Part shown: positions 1 through 12,652 of the stretch, piece after piece
Numbering within the stretch: position 1 is the stretch's first letter
Layout of the letters: every line of letters begins with the position of its first letter
DNA from: Octopus bimaculoides
Lineage: Eukaryota
NCBI RefSeq assembly: GCF_001194135.2
Contig: NC_068987.1
Location: forward strand, 90,170,451 to 90,234,450
Reading direction: 5' to 3'
DNA: 64,000 bases
The notes under the pieces: generated by a model
Seen by the model: only the letters and a program-made list of their open reading frames with translations
Told to the model about the DNA's origin: nothing
Databases searched by the model: none
Made by a program: the position numbers and the translations under genes

Positions 1-270
1 TGAAATAAACTTGATTGCTCTCACAAATGAGAATACTAAAAATGAACCCGAGCACTCTCAAAAATGAAGTAAAAAACTGGAAAAATAATCCAGAATCTTT
101 GTCCAGTTCTGGATCGATCTCAAAATCTAATCAGTTCATGCCAGTCACGAGGCCAAACATCCCTGAAAGTTTCATCTGAATCCATCCAATGGTTCTTGAG
201 ATATCTTCTCCACAGACAAACAAACAAACACGATTGAAAACAATACCTTCGCCTTTGCTAAGGCAAAGGT
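1..270 (+). mobile_element. Non-autonomous Helitron/Helentron-like (HINE/DINE-like) element, 3' part
   Basis: (ACAA/ACAG)n microsatellite followed by a terminal hairpin ACCTTCGCCTT-tgct-AAGGCAAAGGT (245-270); architecture typical of HINE/DINE elements. Family assignment is by pattern only. Confidence 0.4.
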
Positions 271-419
271 AATAATAATAATAACAACCAAAGTTGTCTG
301 GGTTCAATCTGAGCTGATCTGGTATTAAACAACTTCTTCCACCCAACTGTTTCCATTCTAACCGAGATCGTTCCCATTATTCCTGTTTCTTTTAATAGAA
401 AATTGATATTTCTTTGCAG

Positions 420-624
420 TGTTTACCAAGTCCAACTTAGAGAAAACTCCAACAGAAGAAATACCACCTTCTGAAGTGTATCTCATCCCCAAGTCAGGCA
501 CTGCTGACTGGAGCAAAGCATCAGATGAACAAAAAGCAGTGTTTGAAGCTGGAATGAAGAAGTTAAGAAAATGTGTAAAAGAAAAACGTATGCTTATTGA
601 ACCTTGCTTTCGGGATTTTGATCA
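420..624 (+). CDS. Multi-EF-hand protein, first coding exon in window (gene is 5'-truncated by window edge)
   Basis: Polypyrimidine acceptor tttctttgcag|TG at 419/420; donor CA|gtaagt at 624/625; encodes (x)FTKSNLEKTP...EPCFRDFD, entering an EF-hand loop that continues in frame in the next exon. Confidence 0.88.
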
Positions 625-779
625 GTAAGTTGCAAATATTTTCTTTTATATTCTCCACATGCTTTATCATCTTTATTGGTCTATCAATACATGTATGCTT
701 ACACAACAATATAGTTTGCAGTAAGCTACAAACATTTCATTTATGTAATTGACATGCTTATGTTAATCAAGTGTCAAGC

Positions 780-1422
780 ATAGCCTTCAAATGTTGGGCC
801 TCACAGAAGCAATGACGAAAGGCCAAGACCTCTGGAGATATGTTGTGATTGAGAAGACCCAGCAAGTAAAGTGAGATCCCAGCCATAGCCTATACCAGTG
901 TCGTATAACCAGCCCATTTAAAAAAGTAGCTTTGAATCATCAGGCAATACACTGTGCTTGAGGAGACTTATTGAGTCAAGTAAAATCAAAATCAAAATGG
1001 AAATTGTAGTTGTGGCCGATGCCAGTGCCGCCTGACTGGCTCTCATGCTGGTAGCATACAATAAGTACCATTCATGCGTGGGTGGTTGCCAGTGCCGCCT
1101 GACTGGCTCCCCTTGCCAGTAGCACGTAAAAAGTACCATCCAAAAGTNNNNNNNNNNNNNNNNNNNNNNNNNNNNGGCACGTAAAAGCATCATCTGAACT
1201 TGGCTGATGCCAGTGCTGCCTGACTGACTTCCATGCTGGTGGCACATAAAAAGCACCCACTACACTCAGAATGGTTGGCATTAAGAAGGGCATCCAGCTG
1301 TAGAAACATTGCCAGATCGGATTGGAGCCTGGTGCAGCCTTCTGGTTCGCTAGCCCTCTGTCAAACTTTCCAACCCATGTCAGCATGGAAAGTGGACGTT
1401 TAAATGATGACGATGATGATGA
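780..1422 (+). mobile_element. 5'-truncated RTE-like LINE: ORF C-terminus plus 3' UTR with ~66-67 bp tandem units and (GAT)n tail
   Basis: Reads TEAMTKGQDLWRYVVIEKTQQVK* (RTE C-terminal DRxxWR-type motif), then tandem tgccagtgccgcctgactggc units (1020, 1087) and tail ...catggaaagtggacgttaaatgatgacgatgatgat. Confidence 0.7.
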
Positions 1423-2810
1423 TATCAGAATGGAATTTGGGATTAAAAAGTGTGATATGCTTATCATATAAAAAGGCAGAATAGTGTCATCTGATAGTGT
1501 AGAATTATTCAATGGAGACAAAATCAAGGACGTTGAGATAGATGGATATAATTATCTAGGTATTTTGGAGTATGACAAAATCAAGGAGAGTGAGATGAAT
1601 GAAAGCTTTTGGTGAGAATGCCTGAGAAGAACCGAATTAATTATGGAAAGAACAAGATCAGATGTTTTTCTGTGGACAAAAAAATGAACTTGAAGAAATG
1701 GATAGAAAAAACAGGTTAAGTGATGACAATGAACAAGAAACTGCACCCTAAAAGCAATATCGATAGACTGTGTGTGCCTAGGAGTGAGGGAGAAAGAGGC
1801 CTCATAGGATGCAAGATCTGTGTTGTAAATGAGGAAAACATTCTGGGCTGGTTCGTGAAACAGCAGATTGAACCACTGTTTGTTCTTAGAAACAACAAGA
1901 CGATACCTTGTCAAAATCTGACATACATAAAACCATTTAAGAAACAAGATGGGGAACAAAGGTTAAACAACTGGAAAATAAAAATGATGCTTGGACAATA
2001 CTTTAGAGAAATCAAAGTGAATGACAAGTGCAACACCAGGAGATGACTAAGAAAAAGTGATCTGAAATGATGCTCTGAGGTATTGATATGCAACACCTAG
2101 AAACAAGCTCTGAGAACTAATTGCACCAAGTTCCAAATAGATAAGAATAGCGAATCACCTTTATGTAGGATGTGTGGCAACGGAAATGAAACAGTTTCAC
2201 ATATTATGAGTGAGTGTAGCAAACTGGTTGAAAAGGAATACAAAAAGAGGCATTATAACACGGCTAAGTTTGTTCACTGGAGATTGTGTGAAAAGTATGA
2301 TCTTGAAGGAGCAGAAATGGTATAAGCATTAACCTGAAGGCCTCACTGAAGATAATGAATATAAGATGTTATGGAATTTTACAATCCAATATGACTCGGT
2401 GATTGATGTTCAGAGACCAGATATTTTGGTTAGTGGATAAATGGAAGAAGGAAACCAGATCCTAGATATAGCCATATATGAGAATACATGAGTGGGTGAC
2501 AAAGAGCTGGGAAAGATTGGAAAAGTACAAGCTACTAAAAAAGATGAAATTGCACGAATGTGGGAAATGAAGAGAGTAACATTAATCTCGGTAGTTGTCG
2601 GGGCAATGGGGATTCTAACAACTAAGTTTGAGAAATATGTTGGAGAAATTGGAATTGATATGAGCATAGAACATGCTTGAAAAACTGTTCTATAGAGGAC
2701 AGCAAGAAGTTTGAGATTTGTACTTGGGTGTTAAGCATAGTGGAAAGAGACCTTGTGAGACCTTTGACAACAGGTTGCTGTCTGCTCTCATGGAATTAAC
2801 TGAAGCAAGG
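1420..2810 (+). mobile_element. Decayed RLE-type non-LTR retrotransposon (R4/Dong-like), 3' part
   Basis: DIRMEFGIKKC and LGILEYDKIK (end of RT), LHPKSNIDRLCVPRSEGERGL, CCHC knuckle PLCRMC..ETVSHIMSEC, RPDI..DK...LDIAI restriction-like endonuclease, VVVGAMG; multiple stops and frameshifts. Confidence 0.85.
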
Positions 2811-3937
2811 AAAATCAGGAGCTCTGAGAAGTGAAATGGAAATAACATGCAGAAAAAAATATATAACTCTTGGACTTACAAATGTATATAACCTACGGAA
2901 AACAGCATTGTAAAACACCACACACATCCTACACAGAGCACTTTTGGTGCAGTAAAAATAACAACAAAACAAACCCAGGGACCATAGAGCTGCGCTTAAC
3001 TGTGCAGCAAAAACGTGCAATAGAAATAAGACTACAGAGTAATAATAACAACAACAACAACGACAACAACAACTAACAATATGGTATTATTTAGGAGAGA
3101 TTAGTTTCTACTGTTTCGTGATGTGAACCAATTTGGTGTGGAGATTAAAAGAATACAAATATTTCCTTGTGATTTTAATCACCATAGCTAAGCAGGTCTT
3201 GTATTAATTCTTTGTTTCTGGTTCCATGTTACTAAAAGAGATTAATAAAGATAAAAGCAGAATGGAGAAAATGGAACTGGAGAGAATTCTGACTCAGAGA
3301 AAATAAAAATAAATGTTAATACTTGTTTATTTATTCTGTAATTTCTGAGATTTATCAGAAGTTTACTGTAGAATCAGACTTAGAGTGCATTGTGTGTGTG
3401 TGAGAGAGAGAAGACGAGAGGGGAAAGATAGTGAGAGATTATATAAATTCACAGGAACCATCATCATCACCATCCACTTTTTCATTCTTGTATGGGTGAG
3501 ACAGAATTTGTTGAGACAGACTTTCTATGGCGAGATGCCTTTCCTGTCATCAACCCTCACATGTTTTCAAGTAAAGTGAGTTACACATATTTTTCACAAA
3601 TGATTGAAAATGGTCAACCTTACTTGTATAATGATGATGTTCATTTACAATCGTTATGTTATGTCCAAACAATGATACATACAAACACTCATACGCACAT
3701 ATATTCACATCATTTAACATCTGCTTTCCATGCTGGCATGGGTTGGATGGTTTGACAGGAGCTAGCAAGGTCAGGAGCCGCACCAGTCATCATTGCCTGT
3801 TTTGGCATGGTGTCTAGGGCTGAATGCCCTTCCTAATGTCAACCACTTTACAGTGTGTACTGGGTGATTTTTTACATAGCACCAGAACTATTGCTTTATA
3901 TCATCATTATCATCATCATCATCATCATCATTGTCAT

Positions 3938-4215
3938 TTAATGTCTGCTTTCAGTGCTGGTATGGGTTGGATGGTTTGACTGAGGACTGGTGAGCCAGAA
4001 GGCTGCACCAGGCTCAATCTGATCTGGCAAAGTTTCTACAGCTAGATGTCCTCCCTAATGCCAACCACTCCAAGAGTGTAGTGGGTGCTTTTACGTGCCA
4101 CCAGCACAAGGGCCAGTCAGATGGTACTGGCAACGACCATGCTCAAATGGTGTTTTTTATTTGACGGGTGCCAATCAGGCAGTACTGTCATTGGCCACAT
4201 CAGTGATTTTGATCT
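3938..4215 (-). mobile_element. RTE 3'-end repeat copy
   Basis: Reverse complement of the 780-1422 tail, preceded by (CAT)n. Further copies at about 3710-3890, 23050-23330, 46655-46890, 60000-60310 (-) and 33990-34160, 35500-35690, 47770-48015 (+). Confidence 0.75.
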
Positions 4216-4429
4216 CACTTGCCTTAACAGGTCTTTGCGAGCAAAGTTTATGAATGAAGGATACTCATAAGTGGGCTGGTTATGATCACAAGCACACAAA
4301 AAAAAAAAATGATTCCCCAAATGTTCAATGCCATTCCTTGCATATCTGGTTTTATATCAGAGTGACCTTCTCGAGACATGCTTTAGCAAAAGCTAAGGGG
4401 TGCCTTTCTCCCAGTGGTCCTGCAGCACA

Positions 4430-4722
4430 TTGGACACCAACCCAGAATTTCTTTGGGCTTAGTGCCACATAACTGGCTCCTGTGTTGGTGGCACCATTCG
4501 AGTGTGGTCGATACCAGTGCCACCTGATTGGCTCCCATGCTGGTGGCATGTAAAAAGCACCCACTACACTATCGGAGTGTTTGGCATTAGAAATAAGCAT
4601 CCATCTGTAGAAACCTTGCCAGATCAGATTGGAGCCTGGTGCAGCCTCCTGGCTTGCCAGTCTTCAGTCAAACCGTCCAACCCATGCCAGCATGGAAAGC
4701 AAACATTAAACGATGATGATGA
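4430..4722 (+). mobile_element. RTE 3'-end repeat copy
   Basis: ...aaaaagcacccactacact...gccagatcagattggagcctggtgcagcc...catggaaagcaaacattaaacgatgatgatgat. Confidence 0.75.
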
Positions 4723-5128
4723 TATCTTTATTGCTACATTGTCGTTAAACCTACACTAGGTTCATCTGTCCTTTTGACAGGTCTTGTATTTAGTCCTGCT
4801 GGATTTCTAGCAACCTACCTCATAGATATGTGTGTTTGTTATTGTCTCCTTGCCTTGTCATCATGTGATAGTTGTAAACGTGTATCACCAACATACAAGT
4901 AGTGTTATTCATTGCCAATCTTCCATGAAAACATGTCTGGTCATGAGGAAATATTACCTTACTTGGAAATGGGTGAAGGTTTGCAGCAGGAGGGGCATCT
5001 GGCTGTAGAAAATCTGCCTCACCAAATTCCATCTGACCCATACAAGCATAGAAAAGTTGACACTAAATGATGGTGATGATGATGATGATGATACTTCTAA
5101 CCACTGTTATATAACGTTGTCATTGTAG

Positions 5129-5417
5129 TCATAGTAACCATCATATAACGAGGAAACAGTTCCAGCAGTGCCTGTCTATCATGAATTTACCATTTACCAA
5201 AGCAGAGATCGATGCCATTGAAGCTCGCTTCAGCAACGACATAGGATTCAACTACATGACGTTTCTCTATGAATTACTGTCGGACGAATACCAGTTATGC
5301 CCACCTCGTTATCCGACAATAAAGAAAGAGGTTTTCCATTTGAGCAAACATAAGTCATTGCTAGAACCCGACACCAATGTCCATGAAGAAGATGTGCTGA
5401 CCAAAATTAAAAATAAG
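5129..5417 (+). CDS. Multi-EF-hand protein, exon 2 of 5 in window
   Basis: Acceptor cattgtag|T completes CA|T (His); reads HSNHHITRKQFQQCLSIMNLPFTKAEIDAIEARF...FNYMTF...TKIKNK; donor AAG|gtaagg, phase 0. Confidence 0.9.
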
Positions 5418-5775
5418 GTAAGGACTGTGTAAATGTTTAAATGAGAAGCTTATAATCGTTTGTCATTTGTGAGCTTCAGTCACTGGACTGTGGCCATGCT
5501 GGGGCAGCACCTCGACCAGTTTGGCTGAACAAATCAACCCTACGACCTTGTTTTTTTTTTTATATAAGTCTGAGACTTATTCTATCATTCTCTTTAGCTT
5601 AACCATTAAGCTAGGGGGGACATACAACAAACCAACACCAGTCGTCAAGCAGTGGGAGGGGGACAAACACAGACACACGCACACGTTCTTACATGCACAT
5701 ACACACATACATACAAACACACATACATGCATACATACACATACACAAATGCATATACACCCCCCACACACATTT

Positions 5776-5830
<55 letters not shown>

Positions 5831-6333
5831 AACACACATATACCTTAATATCTATATTTGTATACAACAGTGAGGTTTTTGATAGTTTTGTTCATTACAA
5901 GTTGATTACATTTAAAGAGATGACAGTGAAATGATTGCACCACAGGCCCTCATAAAGTGTAAGTGTGGCTGTGTGGTTGACAAACTTGTTTCACAATTAT
6001 GTGGTCCCAGGTTCAGAACCACTGCCTGATACCATGGGCCAACCAAAGCCTTGTGAGTGGATTTGATAGAGGGAAACAGAAAGAAGCCCATTGTATGTGT
6101 TTGTGTCTGTGTCTTTGCGTTTGTCCCTCACCACTATTTGCCAACTGGTGTTGGTTTGTTTATATCCCCATAACATAGCAGTTTGGCAAAAAGAAACCAA
6201 TAGAACAAATATGAGCTTTAAAGAAAATAGGTTGTAGTTTGATTCATTTGACTGAAACACCTCAAGGTGGTGCTCCAGCCTGGCCAAAGTCCAAGAGAAA
6301 CATAAAAAAAAGGATAACATATGTGTACACACA

Positions 6334-6375
<42 letters not shown>

Positions 6376-6479
6376 CTGCCTCCATAAATTCTACTTGACC
6401 CATGCAAGCATGAAAGACATTAAATTGGTGGTTCTCAACCATTTTTTTTTTTTTTGCTTTTGGTTTCTATTTTAAAGCA

Positions 6480-7620
6480 AGCAGTGTGTTAGAACCACTA
6501 AAAATGCAAAAATCGATTATATGGACCCCAGTGCTCAACTGGTACTTATTTCATCGACCTCCACCCACCCACCAACCAAAGGATTAAAGACCCCCAAAAA
6601 GATTAAAAGGCAAAGTTGAACCTGACATCATTTGAACTCAGAACATAAAGTCTGACGAACTGTTGCTAAGCATTTTGTCTGGAATGGTAGCTATTCTGCC
6701 AAATCACTGTCTAATAATGTACAAATAATGGCTTTGAATTTTAGCACAAGGCCAGCAGGTTTGGGGCAGGGGTCAAGTCATTTGTATCAACCCCAGTGTT
6801 CAACTGGTACTTGTTCCATCAACCGCAAAAGGATTAAAAGCAAAGTTGAACTCAGCGGAATTTGAACTCAGAACATAAAGACACACAAAATGCCAATAAC
6901 CATTTCCTCTGGCATGATAACGATCTTGCCAGCTTGCTACCTCATGATGTACAAATATTTATTTCTTTATTGCTCACAAGGGGCTAAACATAGAGGGGAC
7001 AAACAAGGACAAACTGACCCTGAAAGGATGAAAGACAAAGTTGACCTCGGTGGAATTTGAACTCAGAACATAACGTGTTTGTGTCTGTGTCTTTGCGTTT
7101 GTCCCTCACCACTATTTGCCAACTGGTGTTGGTTTGTTTATATCCCCATAACATCTATTTCTTTATTGCTCACAAGGGGCTAAACATAGAGGGGACAAAC
7201 AAGGACAAACTGACCCTGAAAGGATGAAAGGCAAAGTTGACCTCAGTGGAATTTGAACTCAGAACATAACGTCACACAAAATGCCAATAACCATTTCCTC
7301 TGGCATGCTAACGATCCTGCCAATAACCATTTCCTCTGGCATGCTAACGATCCAAGTACAAATATTTATTTCTTTATTGCCCACAGGAAGCTAAACATAG
7401 AAGGGACAAACAAGGACAGACAAAGGGATTAAATCGATTACATCAACCCCAGTGCATAACTGGTACTTATTTAATTGACCCTGAAAGGATGAAAGGCAAA
7501 GTTGACCTCGGTGGAATTTGAACTCAGAACAGAAACTGCAAATGAAATACCACTAAGCATTTCGCCCGGCGTGCTAACGATTCTGCCAGCTCGCCACCTC
7601 ATGATGTACAAATATTAAAA
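6480..7620 (-). repeat. Cluster of same-orientation partial copies of one SINE family (ggcgagctggcagaatcgttagc... head)
   Basis: gaaaggcaaagttgacctc..ggaatttgaactcagaac recurs five times (about 6600, 6840, 7035, 7230, 7495). Other copies at about 8470-8680, 9555-9780, 12340-12550 (+) and 16870-17060, 17160-17320, 43740-43930, 56260-56450 (-). Confidence 0.8.
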
Positions 7621-7838
7621 ACAAAATCAATATGGTTATCATTCGTTGTGCCAACTCAAGCTAAACTTGTGAATTTGATTTTGTGGGTTTTTGTTTTATT
7701 CTTTATTTTTTTTTTACTTTTCCGATTAAACATTTAATAATTCAGATAGACATCATCAATATTTTATCATAGACGTCATGCTTGTATGCTTTTTACATGA
7801 ATATGAATAGATGAGACGAGTACACAAATATTAAAGAG

Positions 7839-7872
<34 letters not shown>

Positions 7873-8432
7873 CATAAGGATGTGAGTTTTTGCGTATGTG
7901 TGTATCATAAGTGTATGTGTGTGTAAGTGACTGTGTTATAGTGGTTATACCTTTGTGCATATGCGTGCGTGTGTGTGTGTAGGTGTATGTCTGTATGTGT
8001 GCTTGAGTGTGTGGTTGAATCTCACAGTGTATGAGTTGTTGCAAATGATGTTGTCCTTTATCAATGAATTTGTGTGTGTGTGTATGTATGTGTGCGTGTG
8101 TGTGTGTATGTGTGTGTGCGTGTGTGTGTGCATATGGCCCACTTACTCAGGGACACACATACAGAAACACATGTATTTACATTATTTAGTGTTGATTTCC
8201 ATAATGAAATCTAGAAACCTAGATAAGCTTTTACTTTTGTGCAAATATATAAATATCGGTTTGCTGTCAGCAATTTTTATTGCAGTGGGTCATCATCACC
8301 ATCATTATCAACAGCAGCAGCTGCATCATTATCACCACCACCACCACCACCACTACCACCAGCCACTACCATCATTATGATGATCATCACAACCATCATC
8401 ATCATCACTATTATCAGCATTATTATTATCAG

Positions 8433-8466
<34 letters not shown>

Positions 8467-8699
8467 GAAGGCTGTGAGTTGGTAAAATTGTTAGCATATC
8501 AGACAAAATGCTTAGCATCATTTCACATGTCTTAACATTTTGAGTTCAAATTCCACCAAGGTCTATTTTGCTTTTCATCCTTTCAGGCTCGATGAAATAA
8601 GTACCAGCTGAGCACTGGGGGCAATGTAATCGATTATCCCCCTCCCCACAAATTTCAAGCCTATAGCAGAAAGAATTATTATTCTTATTTCTCTTTATC

Positions 8700-9500
8700 A
8701 CAGGTTTTGTTGTAATTCCTGGGGTCTTGCATGCATCAGTCTTGCTACCAGCACCCTACGGTACCATGCTAGCCGTTCTTTTCAGCTATCTTATACTTTC
8801 CTGATTATTCTGGCCATGCCAAGGAGGCAAACCTTTCGTAACAGTTCTGCTGGGCACTCTGTTCCAATTTCCTTCATATTCTCCTTGATGCCTTCTAATA
8901 CTGTTCACAAAGACCCAGCAATAATTGCCACTATCTTCATCTTGAATAGCTGGGCTATTTCATACTTAAGAGGGTTGTATTTATCTTTTTGCCTTCCTTC
9001 CTTCCTTCACTATTCGTGGCTCAAAGGGGCATGCAACGTCAACTATATAGCATATGTGGTGCACCTTGTCCACCACCACTAGGTCCAGTCTGTTATGCCC
9101 TAGCACCTGATCTGTTCGGATTAGCAAAATCCCAGAAGATTTTGCTAATCTCTGACTCTGCCACTCTCTGCAGTTTGTGCTCATACCACGTCACGCCCCC
9201 ACTTTTGGCACAGTTTCCAATGTAGCACTTTCACTATCTGATTGTGCCATCACAACTTGTAGTGGTTTGGGGCAAGTCTGGGGCATTTGTTTGTGATATG
9301 GACAATGGTTTCATCCACTCTATTGCAGATGCAACACAGTGGAGACACTTGCTCTTTCCTGAGGTTGACCCTCCAGTTCCTGGCCAAAGCTTGGTCTCTT
9401 TTGTTTTTAGGGTTCCTTTCATCAGCCAATCCCACTTATTTTTTCCAGCAACTTCTGTTGTTGCTAAATGGAATTGATTGAGTAGTCCCTTCTTGTGAAA
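8700..9500 (-). mobile_element. Decayed R4/Dong-like RLE LINE, 3' part
   Basis: SPLCCICNRVDETIVHITNKCPRL (CCHC), IRTDQVLGHNRLDLVVVDKVHHICYIVDVACPF (RLE), ELLRKVCLLGMARIIRKV. Confidence 0.8.
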
Positions 9501-9789
9501 TTCTTCATGTCCTTTTTATTTATTTATTTATTTATTGATTATTATTATTATTAAGGCAGCGAGCTGGCAGAATCATGCTGGACAAAATGCTTAGCAGCAG
9601 CATATTGTCCATCTCTATGTTCTGAGTTCAAATTTTGCTGAGGTCAGTTTTGCCTTTCATCCATTTAGGGTCAATGAAATGAGTACCTTTCGGAGTCGAT
9701 AAATTAAGTACCAGTTGCGTACTGAGGTTGGTGTAATCCCCTCAAATTCCCCTCCCCTCAAATTGCTGGCCTCATGCTTCTCTTTTATT

Positions 9790-10010
9790 TTATAAGCAGT
9801 AGATTATGATGTCCACAGTTCTATATTTAAGAGATGAGGAATTATGCACATTATTTACACTATTTACATTTGACGGATATTTGTCCTCATCTTGTTTGTT
9901 GTTAACACAACGTTTTGGCTGATATACCCTCCAGCCTTTATAAGGTGTCTTGGGGAAATTTCAAACCTGGGTTCTTATTCTTAAGGTATTTTTCGATGTT
10001 ATCATTATTA
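9790..10010. mobile_element. Possible Penelope-like element terminus
   Basis: caacgttttggctgatataccctccagcctttataaggtgtc resembles the ACGTTTCG...CATCAGG motif at Penelope ends; no coding evidence. Confidence 0.35.
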
Positions 10011-10019
10011 TTGTTGCCT

Positions 10020-10390
10020 TTGCCCAGCTTCTATCGTTGGAGATGCCCTACGGTGTCAGCTGTTCACTAGTAGTGAACTAAGGTATCACCTCTTATTTTT
10101 CGAGCACCTTTCGGAGTATTTGAGCGGTTTCAAGCAGTGCTGTTTTCTGCAAGTGCTCCACCCTTATTTCAGCCCCTATTTGTTCCACATACTTCTCGAG
10201 GTTTTTGCTCACTGTTTCCAGGGCTCCAACAATTATTGGTACTACTGCTACCTTTTCCAAGCTAACCTGTCATATCTCTCGACTTTTCTTTCTTCCTTAT
10301 CACATACCTTGTTGTCAGCTGGGCATGCTATGTCTATCATCCAGAATAGTTTGTTTTCTTTCTCAATTAACACTATGTCTGGCTTTGTTT
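10020..10390 (-). mobile_element. Extreme 3' fragment of an R4/Dong-like RLE LINE
   Basis: IVLIEKENKLFWMIDIACPADNKVCDKEEK, VVPIIVGALETVSKNLEKYVEQIG, VEHLQKTALLETAQILRKVLEK*; 3' end runs into an AAT-rich tract. Confidence 0.8.
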
Positions 10391-10419
10391 TCTTTCTTCT
10401 TCTTCTTCTTCTTCTTCTT

Positions 10420-10790
<371 letters not shown>

Positions 10791-11313
10791 ATATTATAAT
10801 ACTATTTGCCTTGAACATAAATTTACTATATACAGTACTAATATACTATTATAATAATTATTTACCTTGAACATAGCTATTCCTGATTCTAATATAGTAT
10901 TTATATATAATTATGCACATAACTCAAAATTTTGACGTGCTACAGCAATTCTGTGTTCAGATTCGTAATCAACGTACTCGATTTTGGTTTGTACAGCACC
11001 ATTTGTCTGCGTAGCAGACAATAAATCTTTTTTTTTTTTTTGTTACCCAGTGGTATCTCCCTTGTATAAATTGTCCATTTGGAGATGAAGCGTACACAAT
11101 TATATTTTTTAATTACTTAAATTTTGTGTTTGTTTAATATGTATAATTGACAACAGAAGTAATACTACGAGACAAACAGCATTTAATGAATGTTGTATAA
11201 TTACTTATTTGTTGTTTCCTAGATTTTGTTGTTCTTAAAAACCTGTGTCTCATATAAGATATAATAATGTCAAAAAATTATTTATTTTGAGTTATTAATT
11301 TATTTATTTCAAG

Positions 11314-11462
11314 GTATTCAAAGAGCGGTTCCGATTGATTGATTATATGAAGGATTATGACAAACTCAACTCCGGACGTATTATAAAGAGCAATTTTCAG
11401 CGTGCACTTGGATTGAGTCCTTTGAATCTCAGTGGGTCAGAAATAACTCTCTTGGAATCCAG
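11314..11462 (+). CDS. Multi-EF-hand protein, exon 3 of 5
   Basis: Acceptor ttatttcaag|GTA; VFKERFRLIDYMKDYDKLNSGRIIKSNFQRALGLSPLNLSGSEITLLES(R); donor AG|gtgttt, phase 2 (weak donor but frame-compatible with the next exon). Confidence 0.88.
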
Positions 11463-11809
11463 GTGTTTAATTAACATTTTCTCACAAATTAACCATTTTA
11501 CCAAACTGTCTTATTAAGCTAATTTTGATGCAACCATTAGTCTTTATATATGGCAGGGTATTAGCATAACACTTGCGTAAGGCAACTGATTAAGATGAGA
11601 CCATCGGATTAGCATAAAGCAAAGGTTTAGCATGAGGTAAAATATTTCAAAAGATTAGAATTTAAATCTGGCCTGAGTTGAATTGACCTTTTGTCCCTAA
11701 AGAATTGGTAGGTGTCAAGAATGTGATTGTATTGGACTTTATCCAAAACAAATCTATATTATTATATGAGAGAGAGAGAGCCTCCATAGTAAAGAATGGT
11801 ATTACTCTT

Positions 11810-12180
11810 TTACTTGTTTCAGTCATTTGACTGTGGCCATGCTGGAGCACTGCCTTTAGTCAAGCAAATCGACTCCAGGACTTATTCTATGTAAGCCTAG
11901 TACCTATTCTATCGGTCTCTTTTGCCGAACCGCTCAGTTACGGGTATGTAAACATACCACCATCGATTGTCAAGCGATGTTGGGGGGGGGGGACAAACAC
12001 ACACACACACATATATATATATACACATATACGACAGGCTTCTTTCAGTTTCCGTCTACCAAATCCACTCACAAGGCTTTGGTCAGCCCGAGGCTATAGT
12101 AGAAGACACTTGCCCAAGGACTGAACTCGGAACCATGTTGTTGGTAAACAAGCTACTTACCACACAGCCACTCCTGCGCC
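11810..12180 (-). mobile_element. tRNA-head SINE, abundant family (gtggctgtgtggtaag...ttgggcaagtgtcttctactatagcc...gactgaaacaagtaaaaga)
   Basis: Near full-length copy with central (GT/AT)n. Other copies at about 5960-6290, 14770-15130, 23910-24300, 39550-39870, 59275-59645, 62445-62812 (+) and 5460-5700, 38335-38680, 62848-63212 (-). Confidence 0.8.
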
Positions 12181-12616
12181 TAGGTATAAACAATAAAATC
12201 TATATATGAGAATAAACTTAATAGAAACATTGCCATGTATTGGAAATATTTCTTGCCTGCCTAAACTTACTGTTTCTCTCTCACATCCACCATAAAATAC
12301 TACTTGTATCTTTTTCAACCATTCAATATTTCTAAAGTGGTGAGCTGGTAGAATCATTGGCAAAATGGACAAAATGGACAAAAATACTGAGCAGCATTTC
12401 ATCCATTTTTACATTCTGAGTTCAAATTCTGCCAAGGTCGATTTTGTCTTTCATCCATTCAGGGTCAATAAAATAAGTACCAGTTACGCACTGGGAGTCG
12501 ATGTATGTAATCAACTTACTCCCTCCCCCGTGGTCTTGTGTCAAAATTTGAAAGCAGTATTACAACTCTTTTTTTTTTTTTAATCATAAATTAAACTTGA
12601 CATGCTGTTAGGCTTT

Positions 12617-12652
<36 letters not shown>

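Noticed and set aside
419-628. ORF-track start (GTG) and C-terminal Gln-stop of the first EF exon
   Set aside because: The GTG straddles the acceptor and the Q* is intron read-through; the real junction is CA|gtaagt.
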